Source: Candidatus Saccharimonadales bacterium (GTDB taxonomy: Bacteria; Patescibacteriota; Saccharimonadia; Saccharimonadales; EFPC-124). From it: 61,871 nucleotides of DNA. Below, piece after piece: positions 17,153 through 26,382 of the stretch. The notes under the pieces were generated by a model that saw only the letters and a program-made list of their open reading frames with translations, had not been told where the DNA came from and searched no databases. The DNA is taken from contig DATEFB010000017.1 of the NCBI GenBank assembly GCA_035280845.1, forward strand, positions 1 through 61,871. The letters run 5' to 3'. Position 1 is the first letter of the stretch. Each line of letters opens with the position of its first letter. The position numbers were made by a program, and so were the translations under genes.

Positions 17153-18850
17153 ATGGCAAAGAAAATACTGGTTGGAATTGCTGTAGCACTCATTGGCCTT
17201 ATCGCGGCGTTTTTTGTGACGCAATCAACCCACGCGCCAGGCGTGAACTTAATTACAAACCCCTCGTTCGAAGAGCGGGCAGGTGACCAGCCTAAAGATT
17301 GGCAGCAAAATGCCTGGGGCGCTAATTCGCCCAGCTTTGCGTACGTTACAAACGAGGGCCGCACTGGCACCCATAGCGCCCGCGTAACACTGGCCGACTA
17401 CAAAGACGGCGACGGCAAATGGTTCGCCAAATCTGTTGTATTGCAAGCTGGCAAGCGTTATGCCTACAGCGATTACTACAAATCTGACGTCGCTACCGAA
17501 TTATTGGTGCAATTTCAGGATGCGTCGGGCCAAACGTCGTACTTTAAGCTTGCAGACGTGCCTGCAGCTGCCAAGTGGAAGCAGGTTGAGGCGACGTTTG
17601 TTGCGCCCGCCAACCTAAAAGGTGCAACTGTTTTGCATCTGCTTAAGGCTACTGGTACATTGCAGATCGATGACGCATACCTCGGCGCTACCAAGCAGGT
17701 TGTTACACCCAACGAACCACATGTGAACGCCAACCTGGTCATAAATACTTCTGCCGAAATTACAGCCGCAGGCCAGCCAAAAGATTGGTACGGCAGTGGT
17801 TGGGGCGAACATACCCGCACTCATACTTTTGCAGCTGAGGGCCGTACGGGCAACCGCAGCCTGAAGACCGAAGTGAAAGACTTTGCGGGCGGCTCTGCGC
17901 AGTGGGAATTTGCGCCTCAGAACGTAACACCCGGTCAGGTGTACCAATATGGCGATTACTACAAAGCTGATGCGCCTACCGAAATTAACATTGTGTATTA
18001 CATGGCCGACGGCGGCACGAAGCACCAATACCTTGGCACTGCACAGCCAAGCTCTGACTGGTTGCATTTTTGGCACACATTTACAGTGCCCGAGGGCGCT
18101 ACAAAAGCGACGGTCCAGCATTTACTGCATTCCAACGGTACGCTCAGCATTGACGACGTGACCTTCGGTCCGTTCCGCGAAGTCGGGTTTGACCGCGCCA
18201 TAATAAGCCTGACATTCGACGATGCATGGCGCTCGATTCACGCAAACGCTTTTCCTATTCTTAAAAAGTACGGGCTTACCAGCACGCAGTACTTGCTTAG
18301 CGGCAAGAGCAACGAGCCCGAATATATGACCACCGACATGATGAAAGAGTTCAAGAATAGCGGCCACGAGATTGCTGCCCATACCATTGACCACGCCGAC
18401 CTTACCAAGATCGACACCACCAATCTGCGCCGCCAGCTGGTCGAAAGCAAATCATGGTTTACGAACGCCGTTGGCGTGACGCCGGTTAACTTTGCAACGC
18501 CGTATGGCGCCTACAACTCAGACGTCATTGGATTCGTAAAGCAAAACTACCGTTCGCACCGCAGTGTCGAAACCGGCTACAATGGCAAAGATAACTTCGA
18601 TATTTACAATATCCGCGTGCAAAACATTACCAACCAGACAACTCCGGCCGAAGTTGCGTCGTGGATTGCCAAAGCTGAATCAGACCGTACCTGGCTGGTT
18701 ATTGTGTACCATCAGGTTGATGAAAACCCTGGCGAATTTGGCACCACTCCAAAAAATTTCGACTCACAAATGGCAACGCTCAAAGCTATGAATTTGCCTG
18801 TTCTTACCGTTAATGCTGCGCTCGACGAAATCGCTAAGCAGTTAAAATAG
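17153..18850 (+). CDS. secreted polysaccharide deacetylase (NodB fold) with two N-terminal CBM4/9-like modules
   Basis: 565 aa with a signal anchor. Two repeats begin NL(I/V)(T/I)N(P/T)SxE. NodB motifs are LTFDDAWRS and AAHTIDHADL. Confidence 0.8.
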   Translation: MAKKILVGIAVALIGLIAAFFVTQSTHAPGVNLITNPSFEERAGDQPKDWQQNAWGANSPSFAYVTNEGRTGTHSARVTLADYKDGDGKWFAKSVVLQAGKRYAYSDYYKSDVATELLVQFQDASGQTSYFKLADVPAAAKWKQVEATFVAPANLKGATVLHLLKATGTLQIDDAYLGATKQVVTPNEPHVNANLVINTSAEITAAGQPKDWYGSGWGEHTRTHTFAAEGRTGNRSLKTEVKDFAGGSAQWEFAPQNVTPGQVYQYGDYYKADAPTEINIVYYMADGGTKHQYLGTAQPSSDWLHFWHTFTVPEGATKATVQHLLHSNGTLSIDDVTFGPFREVGFDRAIISLTFDDAWRSIHANAFPILKKYGLTSTQYLLSGKSNEPEYMTTDMMKEFKNSGHEIAAHTIDHADLTKIDTTNLRRQLVESKSWFTNAVGVTPVNFATPYGAYNSDVIGFVKQNYRSHRSVETGYNGKDNFDIYNIRVQNITNQTTPAEVASWIAKAESDRTWLVIVYHQVDENPGEFGTTPKNFDSQMATLKAMNLPVLTVNAALDEIAKQLK

Positions 18851-18874
18851 TCTCAGCAAAGATTCAGCTTATCT

Positions 18875-18883
18875 TGGTATAGT
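18875..18883 (+). promoter_or_regulatory. extended -10 box (TGGTATAGT), leaderless-type promoter
   Basis: TGGTATAGT ends 8 nt before the ATG at 18892. No SD is possible in that space. Confidence 0.55.
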
Positions 18884-18891
18884 GAGCCAAT

Positions 18892-19566
18892 ATGCGAGTA
18901 CTAATTGTCGAAGATGAGCGGAAAATTGCCAACGCCCTAAAGCGCGGCCTGGAGCAAGAATCATTTGCTGTTGACGTTAGTTTTGATGGCGACGATGGCC
19001 TGGCTATGGCGCTGGACGAACCCTACGATGTTATTGTGTTGGATCGTATGTTGCCGGGTACGGACGGTTTGAGCCTGTGCAAGCAAGTCCGCGAGGCGGG
19101 CAAGCAGGTGCCAATTATTATGCTGACTGCAAAAGACGCCATTGGTGATCGGGTTGCCGGTTTGAATAGCGGCGCAGACGATTATCTGATTAAGCCGTTT
19201 GCCTTCGAAGAGTTACTCGCCCGGATCCGCAGCCTTTTGCGCCGTCCGGCACAAGTTATATCGCCGGTGCTTGCTTGTGATGACCTGACTATGAACACCC
19301 AAACCTTCGAGGTTCGACGCAGTGATACGCAGGTTGCATTAACAAGCAAAGAGTTTGCGCTGCTGGAGTACCTGCTGCGTAACCAGGGCAAGGTGCTTAC
19401 AAAAGACACTATTATTGGCCATGTGTGGGACTACGATGCCGACATTCTGCCTAATACAGTCGAGGTATATATTAGCTACCTGCGCAATAAAATTGACCGT
19501 GCGTTCCCTGACCGGCCCGGACTTGTGCATACAATGCGCGGTTTTGGCTATAAACTGGGAGTGTAA
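18892..19566 (+). CDS. OmpR-family response regulator
   Basis: 224 aa with a receiver domain (VIVLDRMLPGTDG) and a winged-helix output domain (VEVYISYLRNKID..RGFGYKL). Confidence 0.9.
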   Translation: MRVLIVEDERKIANALKRGLEQESFAVDVSFDGDDGLAMALDEPYDVIVLDRMLPGTDGLSLCKQVREAGKQVPIIMLTAKDAIGDRVAGLNSGADDYLIKPFAFEELLARIRSLLRRPAQVISPVLACDDLTMNTQTFEVRRSDTQVALTSKEFALLEYLLRNQGKVLTKDTIIGHVWDYDADILPNTVEVYISYLRNKIDRAFPDRPGLVHTMRGFGYKLGV

Positions 19567-20564
19567 TGTTTAAAAGCGCCTCAATACGGCTCGCAGCTTG
19601 GTACGTTGCTATTTTAATGGCGATGAGCCTTGCTTTTAGCGTGTGGGTATACCGCGAAGCCACGAACGAGCTGCGCATGGGCATTGGCGCCCCGTTTGTT
19701 ATAAAGCTACAGGACCGGTTGGGCCGGATTTCAGAGAGTGAAGTCCAGGCGCTCATGGAAGTCCAATACGCAGATAGTCAGCGCCGGATTTTATTTAACC
19801 TTATGCTGCTCAACGCCGGCGTATTTGCAGTGGGCGCACTGGCAAGTTATGTGTTGGCACGGCGGACTTTGCGTCCAATCGAAGAGGCGCTCGAGGCCCA
19901 AAACCGTTTTACGGCTGATGCCTCGCACGAACTCCGCACGCCGCTTGCCGCCATGAAGACCGAGATCGAAGTTGCAATCCGCGACCCCAAGCTCAGTAAA
20001 GATGACATGCGCGAGCTGCTGCAAAGTAACCTGGAAGAGATTGACCGCATGAGCGGCCTTGCCCAAGGGTTGCTAACGCTCGCCCGATCAGGTGAAGACC
20101 CGCACGTAAAACCGGTCATGGCACAGGAAATCGTGCACGATGTTTTAGCGCGCATGCAGCCGCTTGCCGATGCTAAAAAAATCACTATTAAAACTGACCT
20201 GGCAAATATGCGGGTGTTGGGTGATGCTAAAAGTATCGATGCAATCGTGTGTATTTTGCTGGATAACGCTATAAAATACAGCCCACAAAAATCTACCATT
20301 ACGGTGAGTATTTCGCGCGAAGATAGCCACGGGCACATAGCAATTGCCGACCAAGGCCCTGGCATTAGCGCCGAAGCCCTGCCGCATGTGTTTGACCGTT
20401 TTTACCGCGCCGATAGCTCGCGCACTAAAGAGAACGTGGCCGGTCATGGGCTTGGCCTTTCCATTGCACAAAAGCTCGTGCGCGCCATTGGCGGCACTAT
20501 TCGCGCACAGAGCGCCGAGGGCCAGGGCTCGACCTTTACGCTTCGTTTGCCAATCGTGCAATAA
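19566..20564 (+). CDS. sensor histidine kinase
   Basis: 332 aa with two TM segments, H-box ADASHELRTPL, and HATPase G-box GHGLGLSIA. TAATG overlap with the regulator gene. Confidence 0.9.
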   Translation: MFKSASIRLAAWYVAILMAMSLAFSVWVYREATNELRMGIGAPFVIKLQDRLGRISESEVQALMEVQYADSQRRILFNLMLLNAGVFAVGALASYVLARRTLRPIEEALEAQNRFTADASHELRTPLAAMKTEIEVAIRDPKLSKDDMRELLQSNLEEIDRMSGLAQGLLTLARSGEDPHVKPVMAQEIVHDVLARMQPLADAKKITIKTDLANMRVLGDAKSIDAIVCILLDNAIKYSPQKSTITVSISREDSHGHIAIADQGPGISAEALPHVFDRFYRADSSRTKENVAGHGLGLSIAQKLVRAIGGTIRAQSAEGQGSTFTLRLPIVQ

Positions 20565-20633
20565 CATTTTTCGCATTTCAACTTCCTTTAAGCTTTGTAG
20601 GTTTTACTACAGGGTGTAAACAAGGAAAAATCT

Positions 20634-22019
20634 ATGAGTGTAGTAGTGCGAGGCGCTAAAAACGCCTTCCGCAACTGGCTGCGTACGGGCGCGGTGGTGC
20701 TGATTTTGGCAATCGGCATTGGGCTTGCCTTAAGTATGCTGGTCGCCAAGCAGGCGGTCGAGGCCCGTATAAGTGACCTGCAGGCGCAAGTGGGGACCAC
20801 TTTGCTAGTGAACCCGGCAGGGTCGAAGGACATGATGGGCGGGGGCGAGCCGCTTAAGACGACAGATGTTGATGCGATTAAAAGTGTGGCCCACGTGACG
20901 TCGGCCGACGCAATGGTCAACCTAGCGCTGCAAACCGAGGGCGCCGAGACTGACGGCATCCGGATGCGCGGTGGTGAAGAGCCCGGTAAGACAAACCTGA
21001 AGTCGTCGATCGATGCCGGTACGCTCGGCAAGCGATTTAGCGGTACGGCAAACTCTGCAGGGGAAGTTCCTGCAACGATTTCGCTACCAATCCGTGCGCT
21101 TGGCACAAACGCCAACCGGGTTGAGGATGGGACGGCGCTCAAGATTACCGAAGGGCGTGCCTTGGCGGCCGACGATACGCTGTCGGCGTTGGTGGGCAAA
21201 GACCTGGCCGAAAAGAACAGCCTGAAGATTGGCTCGACCTTCACGGCTTATGGTCAAACATTCGCTGTGGTTGGCATTTTTGACCAAGGCACCAAATTCG
21301 CAAACGATATGATCGTTCTACCCCTTGCTAAAGCGCAAGAATTAAGTGGCCAGGCGAGCGAAGTCGGTTCGATTGTTGTAACTGTTGATTCGATCGAAAA
21401 CCTGGAAGCCACCCAAACGGCTATTAAAGACAAGCTTGGGAGCGATAAGGCCGACATAACATCGACGCAGCAAAACATCCAAGAAGCAATCGGCGCGCTT
21501 AAGAGTGTCCAGCAAGTCTCGTTGATAGGGTTTATTGCAGCCGTTGCGGCAGCTTCGGTAATTACCTTCTTGATCATGTTGGTCATTGTGAGGGAGCGCA
21601 AACGCGAGATCGGTGTACTGAAAGCCATCGGCGGCTCCAACCACACAATTGTTAGCCAGTTTATTGTGGAGGCCATTGTTTTGGTGGCCATGGGTACGGT
21701 AGTTGGCCTGGGAGTTGCAATGGTGAGTAGTACGGGCATCGCGAATGCGCTGGTTTCTAATTCGACAAACGAGAGCGATAGTACAGATGCCGGCCCGCGA
21801 AGCGGCGCTGGTCCTGGACCACGCATGATCAAACTGAGCGCAAATGGCAATAGTATAGAGAACGCGACAAAACTCGTTAGCGATGTTACCGCATCGGTTG
21901 GTCCAATGACGCTGGTGTGGGGTGCGCTCGCGGCCTTGGTTATTGCGGTGGTTGGCAGTGCTGTGCCGGCGTGGCTGATTGCCAAAGTACGTCCGGCCGA
22001 AGTAATGAGGGGAGAATAA
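20634..22019 (+). CDS. ABC transporter permease, MacB/FtsX type
   Basis: 461 aa. An N-terminal TM and a large external domain are followed by three C-terminal TM segments (FtsX-like: RKREIGVLKAIGG). Confidence 0.85.
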   Translation: MSVVVRGAKNAFRNWLRTGAVVLILAIGIGLALSMLVAKQAVEARISDLQAQVGTTLLVNPAGSKDMMGGGEPLKTTDVDAIKSVAHVTSADAMVNLALQTEGAETDGIRMRGGEEPGKTNLKSSIDAGTLGKRFSGTANSAGEVPATISLPIRALGTNANRVEDGTALKITEGRALAADDTLSALVGKDLAEKNSLKIGSTFTAYGQTFAVVGIFDQGTKFANDMIVLPLAKAQELSGQASEVGSIVVTVDSIENLEATQTAIKDKLGSDKADITSTQQNIQEAIGALKSVQQVSLIGFIAAVAAASVITFLIMLVIVRERKREIGVLKAIGGSNHTIVSQFIVEAIVLVAMGTVVGLGVAMVSSTGIANALVSNSTNESDSTDAGPRSGAGPGPRMIKLSANGNSIENATKLVSDVTASVGPMTLVWGALAALVIAVVGSAVPAWLIAKVRPAEVMRGE

Positions 22020-22020
22020 T

Positions 22021-22695
22021 ATGCTTACAGTAGAACGAATACAAAAAGTCTTTCAGTCTGGCGGCAGCCCTGTGCGTGCCGTAAGCGACGTGAGCTTTAG
22101 CCTTGATTCTGGTACGTTTGCGGCCATTGTAGGCAAGAGCGGCAGCGGTAAAAGCACGTTGCTGGCGTTACTTGGCGCGCTCGACCGTCCAACAAGCGGC
22201 AGTATAAAAGTCGACGACGTTGACATTACCAAATTGAGCGACCGCAAGTTAACTGCATACCGCCGCCAGGACATTGGGTTTGTGTTCCAGCAATATAATC
22301 TGGTACCAAACTTAACGGCCGTCGAGAATGTTATGTTGCCCATGGAATTTGCGGGTGTTGGCTCGGCTGTGCGTCGCGCCAGGGCGCAGGAGTTGTTGCA
22401 GCAGGTGGGGCTCGAGGGAGCAAAGCAACAGCGTAAGCCAGCCCGACTTTCGGGTGGTGAGCAGCAGCGTGTGGCAATCGCCCGCGCTTTGGCAAACAAA
22501 CCAAAGCTGATTTTGGCCGATGAGCCAACGGGTAACCTCGACACCCAAACTGGCGAGCAGGTTTTTAGCTTGTTGCACGAACTGGCCCGCACACAGGAAG
22601 TGACGATCATAGTTGTAACCCATGACCTGTCGATCGCAGGCAAATGCGATGTTGTTTTGACCATAAAGGACGGCGTACTCACGAAAACGGTCTAA
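22021..22695 (+). CDS. ABC transporter ATP-binding protein (MacB/LolD-like)
   Basis: Walker A GKSGSGKST, signature LSGGEQQR, Walker B ILADEPTGNLD. Confidence 0.9.
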   Translation: MLTVERIQKVFQSGGSPVRAVSDVSFSLDSGTFAAIVGKSGSGKSTLLALLGALDRPTSGSIKVDDVDITKLSDRKLTAYRRQDIGFVFQQYNLVPNLTAVENVMLPMEFAGVGSAVRRARAQELLQQVGLEGAKQQRKPARLSGGEQQRVAIARALANKPKLILADEPTGNLDTQTGEQVFSLLHELARTQEVTIIVVTHDLSIAGKCDVVLTIKDGVLTKTV

Positions 22696-22751
22696 CCCCT
22701 TGCAGTTCCAAGCTTCTGCCAATATGCTTATGTCAAAGGATAATAAAGTTT

Positions 22752-24545
22752 ATGGCAGAAACAAAAGACACCCCGAAAGAAGAAAAAAACGAGACGGTTG
22801 AACCACGGAATGAAGTTGTTAAAGACGACGTCCAGGAACCGGCAGAAGACGCAAAGCCCGCAGTTGATGCGGCTGTTGATGAGGGCAAGAAACCTAAAAA
22901 ATCGTTGAAAGAATTCTTTAAGACGAAAAAGGGCAAGATCACGCTAGCCTCTGCGGTTGGCGTGATTTTGATTGTCATTGCGCTGTTCGCAGTGCCTTTG
23001 ACGCGGTACGCAATTCTTGGCGGTTTTATCCGCAAAGATGTCAGTCTGAATGTTATTGACAGCAAGACCGGCAAGCCTGTGTCGGACGCAGAAGTGAGCG
23101 TGCCAGGAACGACCGGCCGCACCGACAAAGACGGTAAAGCAACGCTCTCGCAAGTTGCCGTCGGCCAATACAAATTGACAATTAAAAAGAAGTACCACAA
23201 AGACACCAGTGTAGATGTGACGGTGCCCATTTTGTCGGCCGCCAATGCGGGCCAGCAGAAGCTTGAGGCAACCGGCCGCCAAGTGCCCGTGAGTGTGAAG
23301 AATAAGCTGAGCGGCGGGATACTCTCGAAGGTGACAATCACCGCTGGTGAATCGACAGCAATTACCGACGACAAAGGCGAGGCTGTGCTCGTTATGCCAG
23401 CCGACGTCAGTACGGTAAAAGCGAGCCTGAAGGCCGAGGGCTACAACGAACTGGCCGCCGAGATTACCGTGACAGAGCAAAAGGACGACAAAAATACGTT
23501 TGCAATGACATCTGCCGGCAAGGTGTACTTTTTAAGCAAGCGCACGGGCAAGATTAACGTCATGAAGTCCGATCTGGACGGCACAAACCAACAGGTGGTG
23601 GTGCAGGCCACTGGCAAAGAATCGGAAAGCGGTACTGTACTGCTAGCCTCACGCGACTGGAAATATTTGTTGCTGCATGCTCGCCGCGACAGCGACCAGC
23701 CCAAGTTGTATCTTATTAACACTGCAACCGACCAAATGACAGTCGTCGACGAAGGTAACGCCTCGTTCAGCCTTGTTGGTTGGTATAACCACACCTTTGT
23801 ATACCGTGTTGACCGTGATGCAGTTAAGAACTGGCAGCCCAAGAAGTACGCTCTTAAGAGCTTCGATGCTGAGGCAAACAAACTGCTGACACTCGATGAA
23901 TCTGCAGGTGAGGGTTCCAGCGACTTGGACTTCCGTCAGGAATTCATTACCCAAATCTACATTTTGGACCTTGAAGGAAAAGTCGTTTATACCAAAAACT
24001 GGAACGGACACACTGGCGGTACAAGTAAACAATCCTCTGTGGTGAGCGTGCAGCCGAACGGCGCCAATAAAAAGACTCTCAAGGCATTCGACCTTGGTAC
24101 ATATGTAACCGACGGCGTTTTGTATGAAGTCGGCGAAATCTATTACCGCACCTACCAGGGCAACGCCAACCGTTACTACGAATACGAAGACGGCGCCATA
24201 AAAGAGAACACGAGTATAAAGAACGAGGACTTCAGCCAATTCTATCCGACCTGGCTACTGTCGCCATCCAGCGAGAAAACATTCTGGTACGAGCCTCGCG
24301 ACGGCAAGAACACATTGCTTGTTGGCGACAAGAACGGCACCGAAGGCAAAGAGGTCGCCAAGCTCTCTGACTACATTCCGTACGGGTGGTTTAGCGACGA
24401 CTATCTGCTTGTTTCTAAGGGTGGCAGTGAACTCTACATTGTGTCTACCCAAAACCCAGATTTTACAAAAGCCTACAAATTAACTGATTATCACAAATCG
24501 AACATCCAGTTTAACGGCTACGGTGGCGGTTACGGCGGATTCTAG
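22752..24545 (+). CDS. membrane-anchored surface protein, Ig-like/carboxypeptidase-regulatory-like domains plus beta-propeller-like region
   Basis: Start trimmed to MAETKDTP (22752). Lys/Glu-rich N-terminus, then a TM. Repeated 'D..GKA.L..V..G.Y.L' modules are followed by a TolB/PD40-like segment (KVYFLSKRTGKINVMKSDLDGTN). The C-terminus is NGYGGGYGGF. Confidence 0.55.
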   Translation: MAETKDTPKEEKNETVEPRNEVVKDDVQEPAEDAKPAVDAAVDEGKKPKKSLKEFFKTKKGKITLASAVGVILIVIALFAVPLTRYAILGGFIRKDVSLNVIDSKTGKPVSDAEVSVPGTTGRTDKDGKATLSQVAVGQYKLTIKKKYHKDTSVDVTVPILSAANAGQQKLEATGRQVPVSVKNKLSGGILSKVTITAGESTAITDDKGEAVLVMPADVSTVKASLKAEGYNELAAEITVTEQKDDKNTFAMTSAGKVYFLSKRTGKINVMKSDLDGTNQQVVVQATGKESESGTVLLASRDWKYLLLHARRDSDQPKLYLINTATDQMTVVDEGNASFSLVGWYNHTFVYRVDRDAVKNWQPKKYALKSFDAEANKLLTLDESAGEGSSDLDFRQEFITQIYILDLEGKVVYTKNWNGHTGGTSKQSSVVSVQPNGANKKTLKAFDLGTYVTDGVLYEVGEIYYRTYQGNANRYYEYEDGAIKENTSIKNEDFSQFYPTWLLSPSSEKTFWYEPRDGKNTLLVGDKNGTEGKEVAKLSDYIPYGWFSDDYLLVSKGGSELYIVSTQNPDFTKAYKLTDYHKSNIQFNGYGGGYGGF

Positions 24546-24547
24546 CG

Positions 24548-25558
24548 ATGGCCCTCATGCCGCTTGAGTTTGCTGTTTTGCAAGCGGCAGAATACTACAA
24601 TGAATTCCTGGCGCTTATCCCTAAGGCAAAAAAGCGGATAGTATTGTCTGCCATGGTGGTGCGAAGCGGGCCAAAAACAGGGAAAATTCTGCAGGCAATG
24701 GTGTCTGCGGCACGGCGTAATGTAAAAGTGCATGTGCTGGCGGACGTATTCTGCCAGCATGCCATGGTCAGTCGTCCAGATTATCTTTCTGCAGAAGGGT
24801 TTCGCCACGAGTGTGCCGAGACAAGGGAGCTATTAAATGAGATTCATGCCCTGGGCGGCACGGTTGATTGGGTTGGCCGGGTTGGCCTTAATCCTTATGC
24901 CGGGCGATACCATGCCAAAGTGAGTATTGTCGATGACCACGTATTTACATTCGGCGGCGTTAATTTTTGCGACGACGCTTTTGGCAACATTGACTACATG
25001 CTCTATGCAAAGCAGGCGGCTCTTGCTGATAGGCTCGAGCGCCTGGTCGCCGATAATGGCAAAGGGTTTCCACCTGCTGATCTTCGTGTGCAATTAGACG
25101 CGCATGCCACGCTTTTGTTCGATGCTGGCCGCAAGGGCGAATCGGTCATTTATAGCCGCGCCACCGAACTTGCCGCAGCCGCAAAAACAGTGACCTATGT
25201 TTCCCAAATGTGCCCAAGCGGCATGTTGGGCCAGCGCATTAAGCAGACTGCACATACGTGTTACTTTACTCGTCCTGAACAAACCGGCATTCGCCCCGAC
25301 ACGCTTGCACAATTATGGGATGGCTGGCGCACTGGCATAAAGAACCAATACGAGGGCGACGCTTACGTGCACGCAAAAGTAATCTTGTACGAACTTAAGG
25401 ATGGTACGAAGGCAGTGCTGAGCGGTTCGCATAACTTTAGCTATCGCGGCGTTGCATTTGGAACCAAGGAAATCGCCCTGGAGAGTTCCGACCCAGAGCT
25501 CTGGCGAAAGCTGCACGACATTGTATACGCAGTGGCGACAGCCAGCGGAACGCGGTAG
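24548..25558 (+). CDS. phospholipase D-family protein (two HKD motifs; cardiolipin/phosphatidyl-transferase-like)
   Basis: HKD motifs are YHAKVSIVDD..GGVNF and VHAKVILYE..SGSHNF. Confidence 0.8.
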   Translation: MALMPLEFAVLQAAEYYNEFLALIPKAKKRIVLSAMVVRSGPKTGKILQAMVSAARRNVKVHVLADVFCQHAMVSRPDYLSAEGFRHECAETRELLNEIHALGGTVDWVGRVGLNPYAGRYHAKVSIVDDHVFTFGGVNFCDDAFGNIDYMLYAKQAALADRLERLVADNGKGFPPADLRVQLDAHATLLFDAGRKGESVIYSRATELAAAAKTVTYVSQMCPSGMLGQRIKQTAHTCYFTRPEQTGIRPDTLAQLWDGWRTGIKNQYEGDAYVHAKVILYELKDGTKAVLSGSHNFSYRGVAFGTKEIALESSDPELWRKLHDIVYAVATASGTR

Positions 25559-25567
25559 AATACCGAC

Positions 25568-26362
25568 ATGATTATAACCAGTAAACAAAACCCTAAAATA
25601 AAAGCACTCGGCAACTTGCGGCGCAAACGCGACCGCGAAGCTGCCGGGCAGACGTTGGTCGACGGTTACGAAGAGCTTTCGTGCGCGCTCGATGCGGGTG
25701 TGCCAATAGACACACTGTATTACTGCCCAGAGCTTATGGGCGGTCAGGATCAGCACGATACGTTGAAGCGCATGATCGATAGTGGTGTTGGTGCATTCGA
25801 ACTGACCCGCGATGTCTTTGAAAAAGTAGCCTACCGCGAAGGTCCAGACGGTTGGCTGGCGGTTGTGCCCGCGCCAAAAGTCGGGCTAGAGCACCTGGTG
25901 TTAAAAGAAAATCCACTTATTCTGCTGTTCGAAGCAGTAGAAAAGCCTGGCAACATTGGCGCCATGCTGCGCACCGCCGATGCTGCTGGAGTTGACGCCG
26001 TGATCAGTGTCTCGAGCATTACTGACTGGGGGAACCCAAACATTATCCGCGCAAGCAAAGGCGCTTTGTTCGCTGTCCCTGTGGCCGAAGGCAATCCCGA
26101 AGAAGTGCTTACATGGTTGAAGGCGCACTCCATCGCTGTTGTTGCCTCCACGCCCGACACCACCATGCCGTATACTGAGCCAGACTTAACAAAAGGCGTG
26201 GCGGTCACCGTCGGTTCCGAAAAATACGGCCACACAGATTACTGGCTACAGCATGCCGACCAGAAAGTCCGCATTCCAATGGCTGGTAAGGTTAACTCAC
26301 TCAATGTCGCCACATCTGCGGCGCTATTGATGTATGAAGCAGTTCGTCAGCGTAGTATATAA
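25568..26362 (+). CDS. TrmH/SpoU-family RNA 2'-O-methyltransferase
   Basis: SpoU motifs are EKPGNIGAMLRTADAAG, VGSEKYG and SLNVATSAALLMYE. Confidence 0.85.
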   Translation: MIITSKQNPKIKALGNLRRKRDREAAGQTLVDGYEELSCALDAGVPIDTLYYCPELMGGQDQHDTLKRMIDSGVGAFELTRDVFEKVAYREGPDGWLAVVPAPKVGLEHLVLKENPLILLFEAVEKPGNIGAMLRTADAAGVDAVISVSSITDWGNPNIIRASKGALFAVPVAEGNPEEVLTWLKAHSIAVVASTPDTTMPYTEPDLTKGVAVTVGSEKYGHTDYWLQHADQKVRIPMAGKVNSLNVATSAALLMYEAVRQRSI

Positions 26363-26382
26363 TATTGCCATAAGGAGAATTC

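Noticed and set aside
16607-17224. 205-aa minus-strand ORF antisense to the helicase 3' end and reaching into the deacetylase promoter
   Set aside because: It lies antisense to a gene with clear helicase motifs. It is Ser/Ala/Arg-rich, lacks an SD, and crosses a promoter region.
20588-21985. Two long minus-strand ORFs (218 aa and 243 aa) antisense to the MacB-type permease gene
   Set aside because: The plus-strand frame has the recognisable FtsX/MacB architecture. The antisense products are Ser/Ala/Thr/Pro-rich with no features.
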